A stretch of DNA of 24,000 nucleotides, taken from an uncultured Halomicronema sp. GTDB taxonomy: Bacteria; Cyanobacteriota; Cyanobacteriia; Phormidesmidales; Phormidesmidaceae. This document shows, one piece after another, positions 23,962-24,000 of this stretch. Made by a program: the position numbers and the translations under genes. The stretch's first letter is position 1, and every line of letters starts with the position of its first letter. Under the pieces are notes generated by a model. It saw only the letters and a program-made list of their open reading frames with translations. It had not been told where the DNA came from and did no database searches. Location: contig CALCCA010000087.1 in the NCBI GenBank assembly GCA_937899725.1, positions 61,979 through 85,978 on the forward strand, written 5' to 3'.

Positions 23962-24000
23962 ATGCGAAAGCTTTTTGCCATTGTGTTGGTGGTGTTTTTC
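23962..24000 (+). CDS. psaF2: Start of photosystem I subunit III paralog (PsaF), truncated by the window end
   Basis: AGGAGA lies 7 nt upstream of the ATG. MRKLFAIVLVVFF resembles PsaF signal peptides (MRRLFALILV...), and the position after psaI2 fits the FaRLiP order psaA2-B2-L2-I2-F2. Only 13 codons are visible. Confidence 0.5.
   Translation, partial: MRKLFAIVLVVFF

Noticed and set aside
1-24000. Looked for CRISPR arrays, transposase or integrase genes, tRNA/rRNA genes and defence-system-like ORFs
   Set aside because: I recognised none. Every ORF over 150 aa is a photosynthesis protein, and the only repeats are the short hairpin and MITE-like elements already listed.

Overview
Nearly the whole window (about 1028-24000) is a cyanobacterial far-red light photoacclimation (FaRLiP) type gene cluster. 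It holds a second, divergent set of core genes for all three photosynthetic complexes, packed in one locus. The GCGATCGC (HIP1) octamer is frequent, which fits a cyanobacterial origin. The minus-strand arm (11966 down to 1028) encodes five allophycocyanin-core paralogs: three alpha-type subunits, one beta-type subunit, and a two-REP ApcE with no cysteine in its bilin domain. These are followed by PSII paralogs psbD, psbC, psbB and psbH, a 48-aa membrane ORF and a DUF1257 protein. A central island carries paralogs of lumenal and donor-side PSII subunits: psbO and an orphan psbF on the plus strand, with psbV convergent on the minus strand. The plus-strand arm (16209 to the window end) starts with a 'super-rogue' D1 paralog that has the hallmarks of chlorophyll f synthase (ChlF/PsbA4). 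It continues with psaA, psaB, psaL, psaI and the first 13 codons of psaF. Paralog numbers (psbB2, apcE2 and so on) are assigned from context and known FaRLiP gene order, not from any search. All homology calls come from comparing the ORF translations with remembered family sequences. The cluster class is established knowledge (Gan et al. 2014; Ho et al. 2016). Items that look less standard are the psbO/psbF/psbV island, a lipobox in the PsbO paralog, two unannotated small ORFs inside the operons, a hairpin repeat with compensatory stem changes after psbC2 and apcE2, a MITE-like nested palindrome present twice, and an unassigned non-coding left flank (1-1000). rfpABC and the far-red D1 gene psbA3 are not in the window. 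I recognised no rRNA, tRNA, CRISPR array or transposase.
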